64,000 nucleotides of DNA, taken from IMG/VR virus record IMGVR_UViG_3300045988_107889, positions 42,257-106,256 of that record; one strand, given 5' to 3'. Of the stretch, positions 23,077-31,846 are shown piece after piece (position 1 is the first letter of the stretch; each line of letters starts with the position of its first letter). Origin of the DNA: a virus. The position numbers and the translations under genes were made by a program. Below the pieces are notes generated by a model that was not told the DNA's origin, searched no databases, and worked only from the letters and a program-made list of their open reading frames with translations.

Positions 23077-24243
23077 ATGATTTATGTAACAGCAAGAATT
23101 ACAGAGCCGTATAAGCAGATTTCTTTAGAGGATATTATGTCTGCGCTGCTTCAAGATAAACATGTGAGGGAATCGAGATCTCTATATACTAGAACAGTTA
23201 CATATGAGAGACTGCCCGAGAGAATCCTGGCAGGGTTTGACACGGGGAAAAAGATTGAGCTGCTGAGAGCATTTAACAAAAAGCATCAGGAACTGCTTGA
23301 AAGCGATCTTCATACGCATTACCACAAGTTTTTTATCCCGAAAAAGAGCGGCGGCATGAGAGAGATTAACGCGCCGGACGACGAGCTGATGAATTGTCTG
23401 CGAGAGCTAAAACTGCTGTTAGAATCTGAGTTTTATGCGAGCAGCCACGCCGCTGCGTACGCTTATGTCAAAAACAGAAGCAGTGTAGATGCAGCAAAAG
23501 TCCATCAGTGGAACAAGAGTAAGTGGTATTTAAAGACTGACATCAGCGGTTTCTTTCCCAACACTACTCCAAAGTTTGTATGGAACGCGCTGTCTACAAT
23601 TTATCCGTTCTGTCTCATTATGGAGCACAAGAACGGGAGAGAGGAGCTTAAAAAAGCTCTGTCGCTCTGTTTCTTAGACGGCGGCCTGCCTATGGGGACA
23701 CCGATCAGCCCGATGCTGACCAACCTGATTATGATTCCATTTGATTTTGAGTTCAGTAAGTTTCTGCGCAGCCTACAGGACCCAGCGAACAGCCCTGATA
23801 GAAAGGGTAGAAGGTTCGCGTATACCAGATATGCTGACGACATGAATATTAGCTGTGGTATTGAATTTGATAAGGGGTTTATTATTAGAAAGATTGAAGA
23901 GCTATTTAGGCTGTTTGGAGCTAGTTATATCATTAAAGACGAGAAGACTCATTACGGCCCGTCGTATCATAAGAATTGGGTACTCGGTGTGATGATCAAC
24001 AAGGACAACCAGATCACGATTGGGTATAAGAAGAAGCGCAACTTCGAGGCGATGCTTTTCAATTACGCGAAGGACAGAAAGAGCGGAACTTATTGGCCTC
24101 TTGAGCAACTGCAATATGTGCTCGGTCTTATGAGCTACTATCGAATGGTTAACAGAGGAAGTATTGATGGAGTTATCACTCGCTATAGTCAGAAGTTTGG
24201 CTTTGATATTGAAGCCACGATGAAGAAGGATCTCAAAAACTAA
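23077..24243 (+). CDS. reverse transcriptase, retron/Abi-like class
   Basis: FFIPKKSGGMREINAP (RT1-2), LKTDISGFFPN (motif A), GLPMGTPISPMLTN (motif B), YTRYADDMNIS (YADD), and NWVLGVMINKD, which resembles the retron VTG region. No maturase or endonuclease domain. Confidence 0.85.
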   Translation: MIYVTARITEPYKQISLEDIMSALLQDKHVRESRSLYTRTVTYERLPERILAGFDTGKKIELLRAFNKKHQELLESDLHTHYHKFFIPKKSGGMREINAPDDELMNCLRELKLLLESEFYASSHAAAYAYVKNRSSVDAAKVHQWNKSKWYLKTDISGFFPNTTPKFVWNALSTIYPFCLIMEHKNGREELKKALSLCFLDGGLPMGTPISPMLTNLIMIPFDFEFSKFLRSLQDPANSPDRKGRRFAYTRYADDMNISCGIEFDKGFIIRKIEELFRLFGASYIIKDEKTHYGPSYHKNWVLGVMINKDNQITIGYKKKRNFEAMLFNYAKDRKSGTYWPLEQLQYVLGLMSYYRMVNRGSIDGVITRYSQKFGFDIEATMKKDLKN

Positions 24244-24260
24244 AGGACGAGGTGTCATAT

Positions 24261-24491
24261 ATGAAAACTAAAACAGTATTGTGTAATGAGTGTAGATTCT
24301 CTAAGTACAGAGCTGGTATCTCTAGCTCTCTCGCTGCCATGTACGGACTCCCTGGGACTCATCCATACCCGACACACACCTGTGAGAAGTATAACGTGGT
24401 AAGAGAAAGAAAGGACTACCATGTTCGGCGGCTTCCGATTTGTGTGAAGGAAAATGGCGGTGAGCAGAAAGACAAGAAGGGTAATGAGTAA
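24261..24491 (+). CDS. small Cys-containing protein
   Basis: ATG at 24261 after GACGAGGTG. Contains CNECRF...HTCEKY. Confidence 0.55.
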   Translation: MKTKTVLCNECRFSKYRAGISSSLAAMYGLPGTHPYPTHTCEKYNVVRERKDYHVRRLPICVKENGGEQKDKKGNE

Positions 24492-24520
24492 TCTTAAAGC
24501 AGCTATGCTGGAGGTACTAT

Positions 24521-24931
24521 ATGGTAGATTGGAAGAAAAGTTTTCAATATGAAGGTATTCACTGGTGGCGGAACGTGTTTGGGATACCTTATTACTTTAA
24601 AGAGCGGAGGTACCTTCTGAAACACGGATTCACCAGAGAAGCAGAATATGATATGCCACTTTGGTTCATCAAAACGATGACGAGAGTAATGACCAGATAC
24701 TCAGATACACGATGGGGAATCCCAGGCGGATATACTGATGAGGAATGGCAGGCGGTTGTTGATAAGATGATTGAATGCCTGAAGAATATGCGGGCGTCAG
24801 AATGGTTTGAGAAGGCTCCCGAAGAGATGAGCCTGCTAGAGAGAGATATGTGGGCACAAAATATGGCCGACAAATACAAGAACGACTTCTTTGATCTGTT
24901 CAAAGAAGTCTTTTATCTTCTATGGGATTAG
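24521..24931 (+). CDS. hypothetical protein
   Basis: 136-aa ORF with TGGAGG upstream. Confidence 0.6.
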   Translation: MVDWKKSFQYEGIHWWRNVFGIPYYFKERRYLLKHGFTREAEYDMPLWFIKTMTRVMTRYSDTRWGIPGGYTDEEWQAVVDKMIECLKNMRASEWFEKAPEEMSLLERDMWAQNMADKYKNDFFDLFKEVFYLLWD

Positions 24932-25020
24932 TGGATGAGTGAGTTGTAGAGTTATGGTTACAAGAAGGATTATCAGGAAGATTTGTTCGTGTGACTTATG
25001 AGCTTATGAAGGAGGTTGCT

Positions 25021-25224
25021 ATGGTTAAAGATGCTAAGTTTGTAACGGTGTGGAGCGGAGATGTAACTATTACTACTGATTGCAAAGTGGATACGGAAAC
25101 AAACGAAGTCTTCGATATTGAGTGTGTTGATGTAGATGTTGATATTTTGCTTAACGAGTATATCGTTCTTGACGGTAAAGAGCGACTTGTATTTGATAGA
25201 GATGGCGAGTATTACATACTCTAA
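25021..25224 (+). CDS. hypothetical protein
   Basis: ATG at 25021 after AAGGAGG. Confidence 0.55.
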   Translation: MVKDAKFVTVWSGDVTITTDCKVDTETNEVFDIECVDVDVDILLNEYIVLDGKERLVFDRDGEYYIL

Positions 25225-25247
25225 CGAGATGGATTAGGAGGAGCTTT

Positions 25248-25486
25248 ATGACTTTTATTGTTAATAGAGCAAGTTTGTGGGGTACTGGTTGCCCCTGCGA
25301 AGAATCAAAACAAATGACTCTCTTCGATGGTATTAGTAAAAAAGAAAAAAGTTCTGGACTGTTGAGATAAACTCTCTGGAGGAGCTTATGGATTTCAAGA
25401 ATAAATACGGAGATATTATTTTACAGGACTCAATCAATGTTAAAGGATGGTCGGAAGTCCTGATTTATGATGGGTATATTGAGTGA
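25248..25486 (+). pseudogene. small gene split by a frameshift in an A6-G-A6 tract
   Basis: ORF a is 25248..25370. The frame of ORF b (ATG 25388..25486) is already open from 25340 (KRKKFWTVEINSLEELMDF..). The junction lies at AAAAAAGAAAAAAG, 25338-25351. Confidence 0.5.
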
Positions 25487-25524
25487 CTCTATAAAAATGT
25501 AATTTTTAAGTGAAGGATTTAACT

Positions 25525-25737
25525 ATGTTCAAGGCAGGAGATAGAGTTTGTATTTCTGGTGATACATCGGAACTTTGGATTCATGATTATAATTGTAGAG
25601 TTGTTACGGAAGGTACAGTAGGGGTAACACCAAAAAAGTATGATAAGAAAATTTATGTTACGCTTGATTCGATTGACGGAGAAGGCGATGTCGGAATCTA
25701 TGTAAGAAAAAGTAAGGTTAGATTGGTAAGCAATTAA
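25525..25737 (+). CDS. hypothetical protein
   Basis: ATG at 25525 after GAAGGA. Confidence 0.55.
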   Translation: MFKAGDRVCISGDTSELWIHDYNCRVVTEGTVGVTPKKYDKKIYVTLDSIDGEGDVGIYVRKSKVRLVSN

Positions 25738-25762
25738 AAAAGATAATTTGAAAGGAGTAAAT

Positions 25763-26425
25763 ATGAAAAATACAGTTGTACTTGAAATGTTGAAAGAAGG
25801 GCGGATTGACGAGCTTAAAAGCTTGTTGACTGATGAAATCTATCAGGACAGTTTGAAGAAAAATGTTGGTGCGAAAGAACGTTATGCGGCTATGAAACGA
25901 TACTTTAAGTATGTGGATAAGCCAAATCCGTGTTGTCACTATCCGTGTGACAACGTTAAAGTGAACGGGGAAATTTACAACGGCTTTGTGGACGGTTATT
26001 CCTTTGTAATTACTAAGGAACCGCTTGGTGAGATGGATACATATAACGAGGAAGAACATGGCTCGTATTTTAAGCTGGACGGGTTTGTGAACTACACCAA
26101 TTACACAGAGGTAGACCGAGTTGATCTTAACAAAGTGCTCGCAGAAGCGAAATCCAAAGGGTACAAATTCAAGAAGGCAGAGACGACACATGACTTCCGG
26201 TATATGCTCCGATACAAGGATGGAGGGTATAAGATGTCTCTGCTGGATAGAGCGTTTAGCATTGTTAATGATGGCAGTGTGGCAAAAGTATACTACAAAG
26301 ATAGGCTTGGTATGCTGATGATTGAGACTAGTATTGGCATCGCAGGTATTCTGCCGGTAAATCTGGAGAAGATTGATGCTAGTCAGCGTGAAAAAATCTT
26401 TGCGGACGAAATGATTATTCAGTAA
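25763..26425 (+). CDS. hypothetical protein
   Basis: ATG at 25763 after AAAGGAG. 220 aa. Confidence 0.65.
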   Translation: MKNTVVLEMLKEGRIDELKSLLTDEIYQDSLKKNVGAKERYAAMKRYFKYVDKPNPCCHYPCDNVKVNGEIYNGFVDGYSFVITKEPLGEMDTYNEEEHGSYFKLDGFVNYTNYTEVDRVDLNKVLAEAKSKGYKFKKAETTHDFRYMLRYKDGGYKMSLLDRAFSIVNDGSVAKVYYKDRLGMLMIETSIGIAGILPVNLEKIDASQREKIFADEMIIQ

Positions 26426-26441
26426 GAAAGCAGGTGTAATA

Positions 26442-26699
26442 ATGAACTTCTATTTGTTAGATGTAAAAAGCGTAGTTAATGTAGACGGCGTTGACGTGCC
26501 GTTTGATTATATTAATACATATTTGGATCCTAACGAAGCATATATGAGGGGGTTACAACAGAGTTTCAATGAAGACGTGCTGGAAGTGTCCGTACACAGA
26601 TGGGTTTTGGAACAAGACGGCAATCAGAGACATGATGGTGGCGATGACAGCATCCTGTATCGTTTTCTGAACGACAACCATAGAAAGCTGAGGGAATGA
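26442..26699 (+). CDS. hypothetical protein
   Basis: 85-aa ORF, tightly packed with neighbours. Confidence 0.55.
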   Translation: MNFYLLDVKSVVNVDGVDVPFDYINTYLDPNEAYMRGLQQSFNEDVLEVSVHRWVLEQDGNQRHDGGDDSILYRFLNDNHRKLRE

Positions 26700-27127
26700 A
26701 AATGGGGATGTATACAGAACTAAACATTGGAGTGAACCTTGCACCCTCGACGCCTGACAGCGTCATTGAGGTTCTCAATTACATGCTTGGTAATAAAGAA
26801 GACGTGGTTGAAGTACCGGATCATCCGCTGTTTCAGACTGAAAGATGGCGGTATATGTTAAAAAGTGGCAGCTATTATTTCGATGGCAGAACTGACAGTT
26901 CTATGGTCCGTAATAATATCACGAAGGAATACGAACTAAATGTGCGTTGTAATCTGAAAAATTATGACGGAGAAATTTCTAAGTTCTTGGACTTTATTTT
27001 CCCGTATGTAAGAACGTATGGATTTATTGGTTACACGCGATATGAGGAGTTCGAGCTTCCGTATCTTATTTGGCGTGGCGAGGATAGAATGCGGCTGCTG
27101 GATGTGTACACGAAAGATGGGTGGTAA
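26696..27127 (+). CDS. hypothetical protein
   Basis: 143-aa ORF with an ATGA overlap. Confidence 0.6.
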   Translation: MKMGMYTELNIGVNLAPSTPDSVIEVLNYMLGNKEDVVEVPDHPLFQTERWRYMLKSGSYYFDGRTDSSMVRNNITKEYELNVRCNLKNYDGEISKFLDFIFPYVRTYGFIGYTRYEEFELPYLIWRGEDRMRLLDVYTKDGW

Positions 27128-27129
27128 AG

Positions 27130-27309
27130 ATGGTGTATCCGTGTAAAGACTGCGAAGACAGAGAGGTAGGATGTCATAGTTTTTGCGAGAAATATAAAGA
27201 GGCAAAGAAAATGGACAACCGGATTAAGTGGCGAGGACGTATCAGAAGTGAATACGCGCGGTACTCATTTTTCAGATATAAAGATCGGATTGCTAGAGGT
27301 GGCAAATGA
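27130..27309 (+). CDS. small Cys-rich protein
   Basis: ATG at 27130. Contains CKDCEDREVGCHSFC. Confidence 0.5.
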   Translation: MVYPCKDCEDREVGCHSFCEKYKEAKKMDNRIKWRGRIRSEYARYSFFRYKDRIARGGK

Positions 27310-27464
27310 AGTTGTTGTCAAAGTTGTTTTGCAAACACGACTTTCATTACGTGGCAGGTATAAAGAAGTTTTGTGATAACACAACTATGCCAGACGGGAT
27401 TGAACTCATTTATCTATGCAAGAAGTGTGGTCGTGTAAAGTACGTTGTGGTTGGGAGAAAGTGA
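27306..27464 (+). CDS. small zinc-ribbon-like protein (below the track size cutoff)
   Basis: ATG at 27306 overlaps the previous TGA. 52 aa with FCKHDF...LCKKCG. Confidence 0.45.
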   Translation: MKLLSKLFCKHDFHYVAGIKKFCDNTTMPDGIELIYLCKKCGRVKYVVVGRK

Positions 27465-27471
27465 GGTTTGT

Positions 27472-27696
27472 ATGAAGTACGTTGTAGCTATTACGGAAGA
27501 ACTCCAGAGAGAACTGGAGGTTGAAGCAGAGAGCAAGGAACAGGCTTACGAGATTGTGAAGCGCAAGTATAATAATGAGGAGATCGTACTGGACGACAGC
27601 GACTATTCTGGTACTGAAATTGATGTATGGGCTGAAGAGGGGTTAGTCACAAGTAAAGTATTTAACAGATGTAAGATTGGAGGAACTATGGGATGA
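27472..27696 (+). CDS. hypothetical acidic protein
   Basis: ATG at 27472 after GTGAGG. Confidence 0.55.
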   Translation: MKYVVAITEELQRELEVEAESKEQAYEIVKRKYNNEEIVLDDSDYSGTEIDVWAEEGLVTSKVFNRCKIGGTMG

Positions 27697-27862
27697 TCTA
27701 ACAGATGTTTCAGTCACTGAAGATGCAGATATGAGAACGGTTCTTGATGAAGATTGGTATGGTTTTGCAAAAGGGACTGACGTGGAAGATATTTGGAAGC
27801 TGTTTGACGAATGCCACAGCAATGGCGTTTATTGGCTGATGTATGAACGAAGCACGAAGTGA
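27677..27862 (+). CDS. hypothetical acidic protein
   Basis: TTG start without a clear SD; overlaps the previous gene by 20 nt. Confidence 0.4.
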   Translation: MEELWDDLTDVSVTEDADMRTVLDEDWYGFAKGTDVEDIWKLFDECHSNGVYWLMYERSTK

Positions 27863-27871
27863 GGGTTGCAT

Positions 27872-28147
27872 ATGAATAACATGGCGGATAAAAGGTTAGA
27901 AGAACTATGGAATAACCTATATAAAGAAACTGGTTGTGGGGGGCTGAATTTAATGAATTTTAAGTGCATGAAAGATGTTGGTACTCTGAAAGAGTTCTTG
28001 AACAATATCCCCGATGATACGATGTGTGCCCATACTTACTATGGTTATGATAATCAGTGTAATTACGGTGTTCACGAAGCGGCATTTGTGTATGTTGGGT
28101 ACGATGAAGAAGAAAATATAATTATGTTTCCCACTGATAGTAGATGA
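27872..28147 (+). CDS. hypothetical protein
   Basis: ATG at 27872 after GTGAGGG. Confidence 0.55.
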   Translation: MNNMADKRLEELWNNLYKETGCGGLNLMNFKCMKDVGTLKEFLNNIPDDTMCAHTYYGYDNQCNYGVHEAAFVYVGYDEEENIIMFPTDSR

Positions 28148-28164
28148 TTGTGGAGGTATGATGA

Positions 28165-28542
28165 ATGCAGACTAAGTTATTTGTGTTATTGGTGATGCTG
28201 TTTGCTCACATCGTGGATGATTATTACCTGCAGGGTGTGCTTGCCAGTATGAAGCAGAAGGATTGGTGGAGAAAGAACTCTCCTGGAGAGAAGTACAGGC
28301 ACGACTATCTTGCAGCACTGTTTATGCACGCTTCTAGCTGGACGTTCATGACGATGCTGCCGGTGGCGGTTTATCTGAAGCTCAACCTACCGGTCCTGTT
28401 TTTTGTTATGCTGGTAGTGAACTGCGTTATTCACTTTTGTGTTGACGACTTGAAGGCGAACTTTAAGAAAATCAACCTGGTTCAGGATCAGCTGATTCAT
28501 ATTTGTCAGATTGTTTTAACATGGATTGTAATGGTGATGTAA
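28165..28542 (+). CDS. multi-pass membrane protein (DUF3307-like H-x3-D-x2-LQ N-terminal motif)
   Basis: Hydrophobic 125-aa ORF. AHIVDDYYLQG near the N-terminus and CVDDLKAN later. The family call is from memory only. Confidence 0.55.
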   Translation: MQTKLFVLLVMLFAHIVDDYYLQGVLASMKQKDWWRKNSPGEKYRHDYLAALFMHASSWTFMTMLPVAVYLKLNLPVLFFVMLVVNCVIHFCVDDLKANFKKINLVQDQLIHICQIVLTWIVMVM

Positions 28543-28736
28543 TGAGATACAAAAAACGAGAAAAAGATATTGACTGGTGGTGCAATTTGACTGGAGTGAA
28601 ACTGCGTCCGCTTCAGAAATATGCGCTTTCGCTGGCTGCTGGAGATGCAATCAGAAGAGCTAGAAGAAAGTATGAGTTAGTGGAAGAGGAGGTAAAAAGA
28701 AAGAATGAAGCTAATCAAAAACTCAATTCAGTGTAA
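28542..28736 (+). CDS. hypothetical basic protein
   Basis: ATG at 28542 overlaps the TAA of the previous gene. Confidence 0.5.
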   Translation: MRYKKREKDIDWWCNLTGVKLRPLQKYALSLAAGDAIRRARRKYELVEEEVKRKNEANQKLNSV

Positions 28737-28908
28737 ATGGTGTGGGGATATTCTTGTCTCTGAGTATACTCACGATTTTAAGATGTGTAGCTGCGGAGCT
28801 GTTGGTTGTGATGGCGGCCTGTCTTATCTAAGGAGAAGTTTTAAAAATTCGCCTGACGATTTTGTTGAGTTGAGCGAGTATAGCCGGGGCGAGGAGAATG
28901 GCGAATGA
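28705..28908 (+). CDS. small zinc-ribbon protein
   Basis: Contains CKWCGD...CSCGAVGCDGG. Confidence 0.55.
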   Translation: MKLIKNSIQCKWCGDILVSEYTHDFKMCSCGAVGCDGGLSYLRRSFKNSPDDFVELSEYSRGEENGE

Positions 28909-29150
28909 CAAAAGATGATATCAACAAGATGGGTCTGCGCGAGCTGAGAGGAGCATTCGTTGAGTTCTGTGGCAATCAAAACTGGGCGACCAGTTCGTGC
29001 TGGCGTTCTTGCCCGGTTTACGAAAATGACTGTGGGCAAGTTCAGTGGCTAGCGTCTATTAGCGAACGAGAAATCAAAGAATTTCTGTCCGGCGTGATAA
29101 CAAAAGAGGAGGCCGATAATGTTATACATAAAGAAACCGGTAGTAATTGA
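28905..29150 (+). CDS. hypothetical protein
   Basis: 81-aa ORF with an ATGA overlap. Confidence 0.55.
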   Translation: MTKDDINKMGLRELRGAFVEFCGNQNWATSSCWRSCPVYENDCGQVQWLASISEREIKEFLSGVITKEEADNVIHKETGSN

Positions 29151-29388
29151 GGCGTTTCAATTCGGTGAAGAGAAGCCGCTTGACTGGTTTGACGAGGCAT
29201 GTGAATCTGGTGTGGCGCGAGTATACATCAACGAAGACGGCGATATGTGTGCTGAGTTTGAGACGTTAGAGGGCACTCACCGGGCGAACATGGGAGATTA
29301 CATTATCCGTGGTGTGAAGGATGAGCTGTATCCGTGCAAGACTGATATTTTTGAAATGACTTATGAAAGGGTAGGAAACAACACATGA
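29119..29388 (+). CDS. hypothetical protein
   Basis: 89-aa ORF with GAGGAGG upstream. Confidence 0.55.
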   Translation: MLYIKKPVVIEAFQFGEEKPLDWFDEACESGVARVYINEDGDMCAEFETLEGTHRANMGDYIIRGVKDELYPCKTDIFEMTYERVGNNT

Positions 29389-29699
29389 ATGTTATTGAAA
29401 AATTGTACGCCGGAAAGAAGTTGGACGAGTACGAACTGAAATGCCTTGCGTATGGTGATGGTGACTTGGGAGAGTACGAATGGATTGATGAGGTCGGGTG
29501 CGACTCTGGCAGATGGGCGCAGTCTATGGAAACTATCTTCCAGGTCGGTAATGATCTTTGGGCGATTCCGTGGCAGCGGGGGCTTACAGAGTATCAGGAA
29601 AATGAGTTTTATGACCAGCCGTACAGAGTGGTTAAGAAAACGAGAGTTATCACCGAGACGTATTACGAAACACTGGGAGGAACGGAAGTCACGATGTGA
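29385..29699 (+). CDS. hypothetical protein, paralog of 55276..55587
   Basis: IEKLYAGKKLDEYELKCLAYG...LWAIPWQRGL..QPYRVVKK versus IEKMLHGIPLDEEELCYLALG...LWCIPWTWDL..QPYKVVKS. Confidence 0.65.
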   Translation: MNVIEKLYAGKKLDEYELKCLAYGDGDLGEYEWIDEVGCDSGRWAQSMETIFQVGNDLWAIPWQRGLTEYQENEFYDQPYRVVKKTRVITETYYETLGGTEVTM

Positions 29700-29711
29700 G
29701 AGGGTGTAGCC

Positions 29712-29963
29712 ATGGTACATATTATTTCAAATAAAGACGTTCGGTATCAGGACTTCTTTGCGGAATCCTTAGACGAGATCAGTAGCGTGATTAGCGACGT
29801 AACGAGCATTGCTATTGTTGCTATTGGTAAAGATACGGAGGAGATTTATTCTAATTACTACGAGTGTACTCCGACAACTGCCCACATGCTGGCTGGCGTT
29901 ATCCAGCAAGATGCAACCGAGGCTATTATTGATGAAAGGTTGGGGTTTGATGGAGCTTATTAA
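29712..29963 (+). CDS. hypothetical protein
   Basis: 83-aa ORF. Confidence 0.5.
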   Translation: MVHIISNKDVRYQDFFAESLDEISSVISDVTSIAIVAIGKDTEEIYSNYYECTPTTAHMLAGVIQQDATEAIIDERLGFDGAY

Positions 29964-30273
29964 AGACTGGTCTATTGAATATATTTTCTTTGAGCACCGA
30001 TATCCGGTGCTATTTTTAAGCTCATCTAAAGGTGAGCTTTTCTTATGCTGCCGAAGTGAAGATGAGAGTTGCGTGTCTACGAAGGTGTCCGTTAACCACT
30101 GTAGAAAAATGCTAACAAACAAGCTAACAATTCGAGAGGCTTTTACTAAGTCAGAAAGTCCGATATTCCTAGAAGAGCAGCGACGTGGTGGACTTGTCTA
30201 TACTATGATTAGCCCGCAACATCCGGCTCTTCCGACACAGGGATGTATTTTGATGCAGACCAAAAGGAGGTAG
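29950..30273 (+). CDS. hypothetical protein
   Basis: Start trimmed to the ATG at 29950 (MELIKDWSIEY..). The upstream part of track ORF 29809.. overlaps the previous gene. Confidence 0.5.
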   Translation: MELIKDWSIEYIFFEHRYPVLFLSSSKGELFLCCRSEDESCVSTKVSVNHCRKMLTNKLTIREAFTKSESPIFLEEQRRGGLVYTMISPQHPALPTQGCILMQTKRR

Positions 30274-30279
30274 AAGAAT

Positions 30280-30513
30280 TTGAGCGATTTCGAGAGAGGC
30301 GGTTTGAAAGCTACGTGTAGGACGTTAAATGTAATAAGATTTGACGACCCTCCCGATATATTTTGCCCCCTAAGTAGGAAGGAATATGGTGTATGTGATA
30401 GCCATTGTGCTTGGCTTCAAATGGTTTTAACTCCTTCTGGGCCGAGAAAAATGTGTGCAATTTCAGTAATAGCAAAATCTTTGAGCGACCTGAATTCCAA
30501 AATAATGAGGTAA
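30280..30513 (+). CDS. hypothetical protein
   Basis: TTG start 9 nt after AGGAGG (30265-30270). Confidence 0.45.
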   Translation: MSDFERGGLKATCRTLNVIRFDDPPDIFCPLSRKEYGVCDSHCAWLQMVLTPSGPRKMCAISVIAKSLSDLNSKIMR

Positions 30514-30520
30514 GAAAGAA

Positions 30521-30706
30521 ATGGGGAAGGCTAAAAGAAAACCGCGCCCTTCTATGCCGCGTTGGGTATGGTTGGGCAGAGATGGGTGCTGGTTTTGCAG
30601 GGACACGAACAACTGCAACCAGTGCAAAGCGAACAGAATGACAGCCAAAAAGAGTAAGCAAAAGAAGTATAAAGGAAAGCATATGAAAATGGAAAAGGAG
30701 TGGTGA
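30521..30706 (+). CDS. small basic Cys-containing protein
   Basis: 61 aa. Contains CWFCRDTNNCNQC. Confidence 0.45.
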   Translation: MGKAKRKPRPSMPRWVWLGRDGCWFCRDTNNCNQCKANRMTAKKSKQKKYKGKHMKMEKEW

Positions 30707-30718
30707 GTCCGCTATTAC

Positions 30719-31174
30719 ATGAAAGTTCTGTTCTTAGATGTAGATGGTGTTTTAAATAAAGCGAACACAAAAGAAAAGACTGCGACCGGGTATGACTTCG
30801 TTGAAGACGTGTTCGTCCGCCGACTAAAGGACATTGTAGATCAAACTGGGTGCAAAATTGTTCTATCAAGCGACTGGAGGTATGATGCTCATACTGAGTT
30901 AAATCCAGAACTTGATGAGTTGGAAGACAAACTGGCTGAATACGGTCTGGTTCTATACAGTTTTACACCGATTATAAACAATCATAGAGGGCGGGAGATT
31001 CAGTCGTGGTTAGATGCTCATATGGGTGTAAGTAGCTTTGTTATATTAGATGACAGGGGTGATACGGAGCCGAACGAAGAGCGTCTGGTGCGGACTCTAT
31101 TTAGTCACGGGTTGACTGAAGAAAATAAGCGGGAAGCGATAAAAGTATTGAATGGAGTGAATGCAAATGAGTGA
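30719..31174 (+). CDS. HAD-superfamily phosphatase (type seen in RNA-repair contexts)
   Basis: FLDVDGVLN (DxDGV), VLSSDWR and VILDD motifs. 151 aa. Confidence 0.6.
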   Translation: MKVLFLDVDGVLNKANTKEKTATGYDFVEDVFVRRLKDIVDQTGCKIVLSSDWRYDAHTELNPELDELEDKLAEYGLVLYSFTPIINNHRGREIQSWLDAHMGVSSFVILDDRGDTEPNEERLVRTLFSHGLTEENKREAIKVLNGVNANE

Positions 31175-31385
31175 CAGCTACGAGAAGCGTCTTCCCACTG
31201 CGGAGGAATACAGAGAAGCAGAAGGTATGACGCTACTAGGGTGGTCAAACTGGTCTAATCCTATGTATCTTTGTCCGTGCGGCGGAAATATGCGTAAGAA
31301 TTTGACGATCAGATTGTGTACAGAACCAGAAGCCTATATGTATGTATGCGACAAATGCGGCCATATAGAGTATCAGTTTGTGTAA
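31161..31385 (+). CDS. small zinc-ribbon protein
   Basis: Contains CPCGG...CDKCG. Confidence 0.55.
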   Translation: MQMSDSYEKRLPTAEEYREAEGMTLLGWSNWSNPMYLCPCGGNMRKNLTIRLCTEPEAYMYVCDKCGHIEYQFV

Positions 31386-31400
31386 CAAGGAGGGATTCTA

Positions 31401-31697
31401 GTGGAACATATCGTACAGTTTGGCATTACGATTGACGACGAATACATCAAGAAAAGCATTGAACAAGGGGCTGAGAACGCTATCACTAAGGAAATGGCGG
31501 AGCAAGTGCGCAATGTCCTGATTATGAAGTGGTGCGGAAATGATGAGCCAACGATATACTTTGACAAAAAACTCACAGAGGTAATCAATGAACATAAGGA
31601 TGAGATTATCGAGCTTGCTGCTGATAGACTGGCTGAAAGACTCAGAAGAACCAGAGCGGTAAAGAATGCCGTAAAAAATTTGGAGGAGGATGCTTAA
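31401..31697 (+). CDS. hypothetical protein
   Basis: GTG start after AGGAGGG. Confidence 0.55.
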   Translation: MEHIVQFGITIDDEYIKKSIEQGAENAITKEMAEQVRNVLIMKWCGNDEPTIYFDKKLTEVINEHKDEIIELAADRLAERLRRTRAVKNAVKNLEEDA

Positions 31698-31698
31698 T

Positions 31699-31845
31699 AT
31701 GAACTACTTTGTTACGTTCAATAATAGCTGTGAGGTCGTCGAACTGAGTTCAGAACATGACTTTATCGCTTTCCTCAAAGAAGAGATGCGCAAATGCGAG
31801 AAGGCAAAGGAAAGCGGCTTTGAGATTATGATTATGGGTGGCTAA
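31699..31845 (+). CDS. small hypothetical protein (below the track size cutoff)
   Basis: ATG at 31699, 48 aa, fills the gap between neighbouring genes. Confidence 0.4.
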   Translation: MNYFVTFNNSCEVVELSSEHDFIAFLKEEMRKCEKAKESGFEIMIMGG

Positions 31846-31846
31846 T

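Noticed and set aside
22616-24243. The RT could belong to a diversity-generating retroelement or a group II intron.
   Set aside because: Motif B is GLPMGTPISP (retron/group II type), not the DGR I/LGxxxSQ type. I saw no template/variable repeat pair. There is no maturase X or endonuclease domain, and no domain V-like hairpin flanks the ORF.
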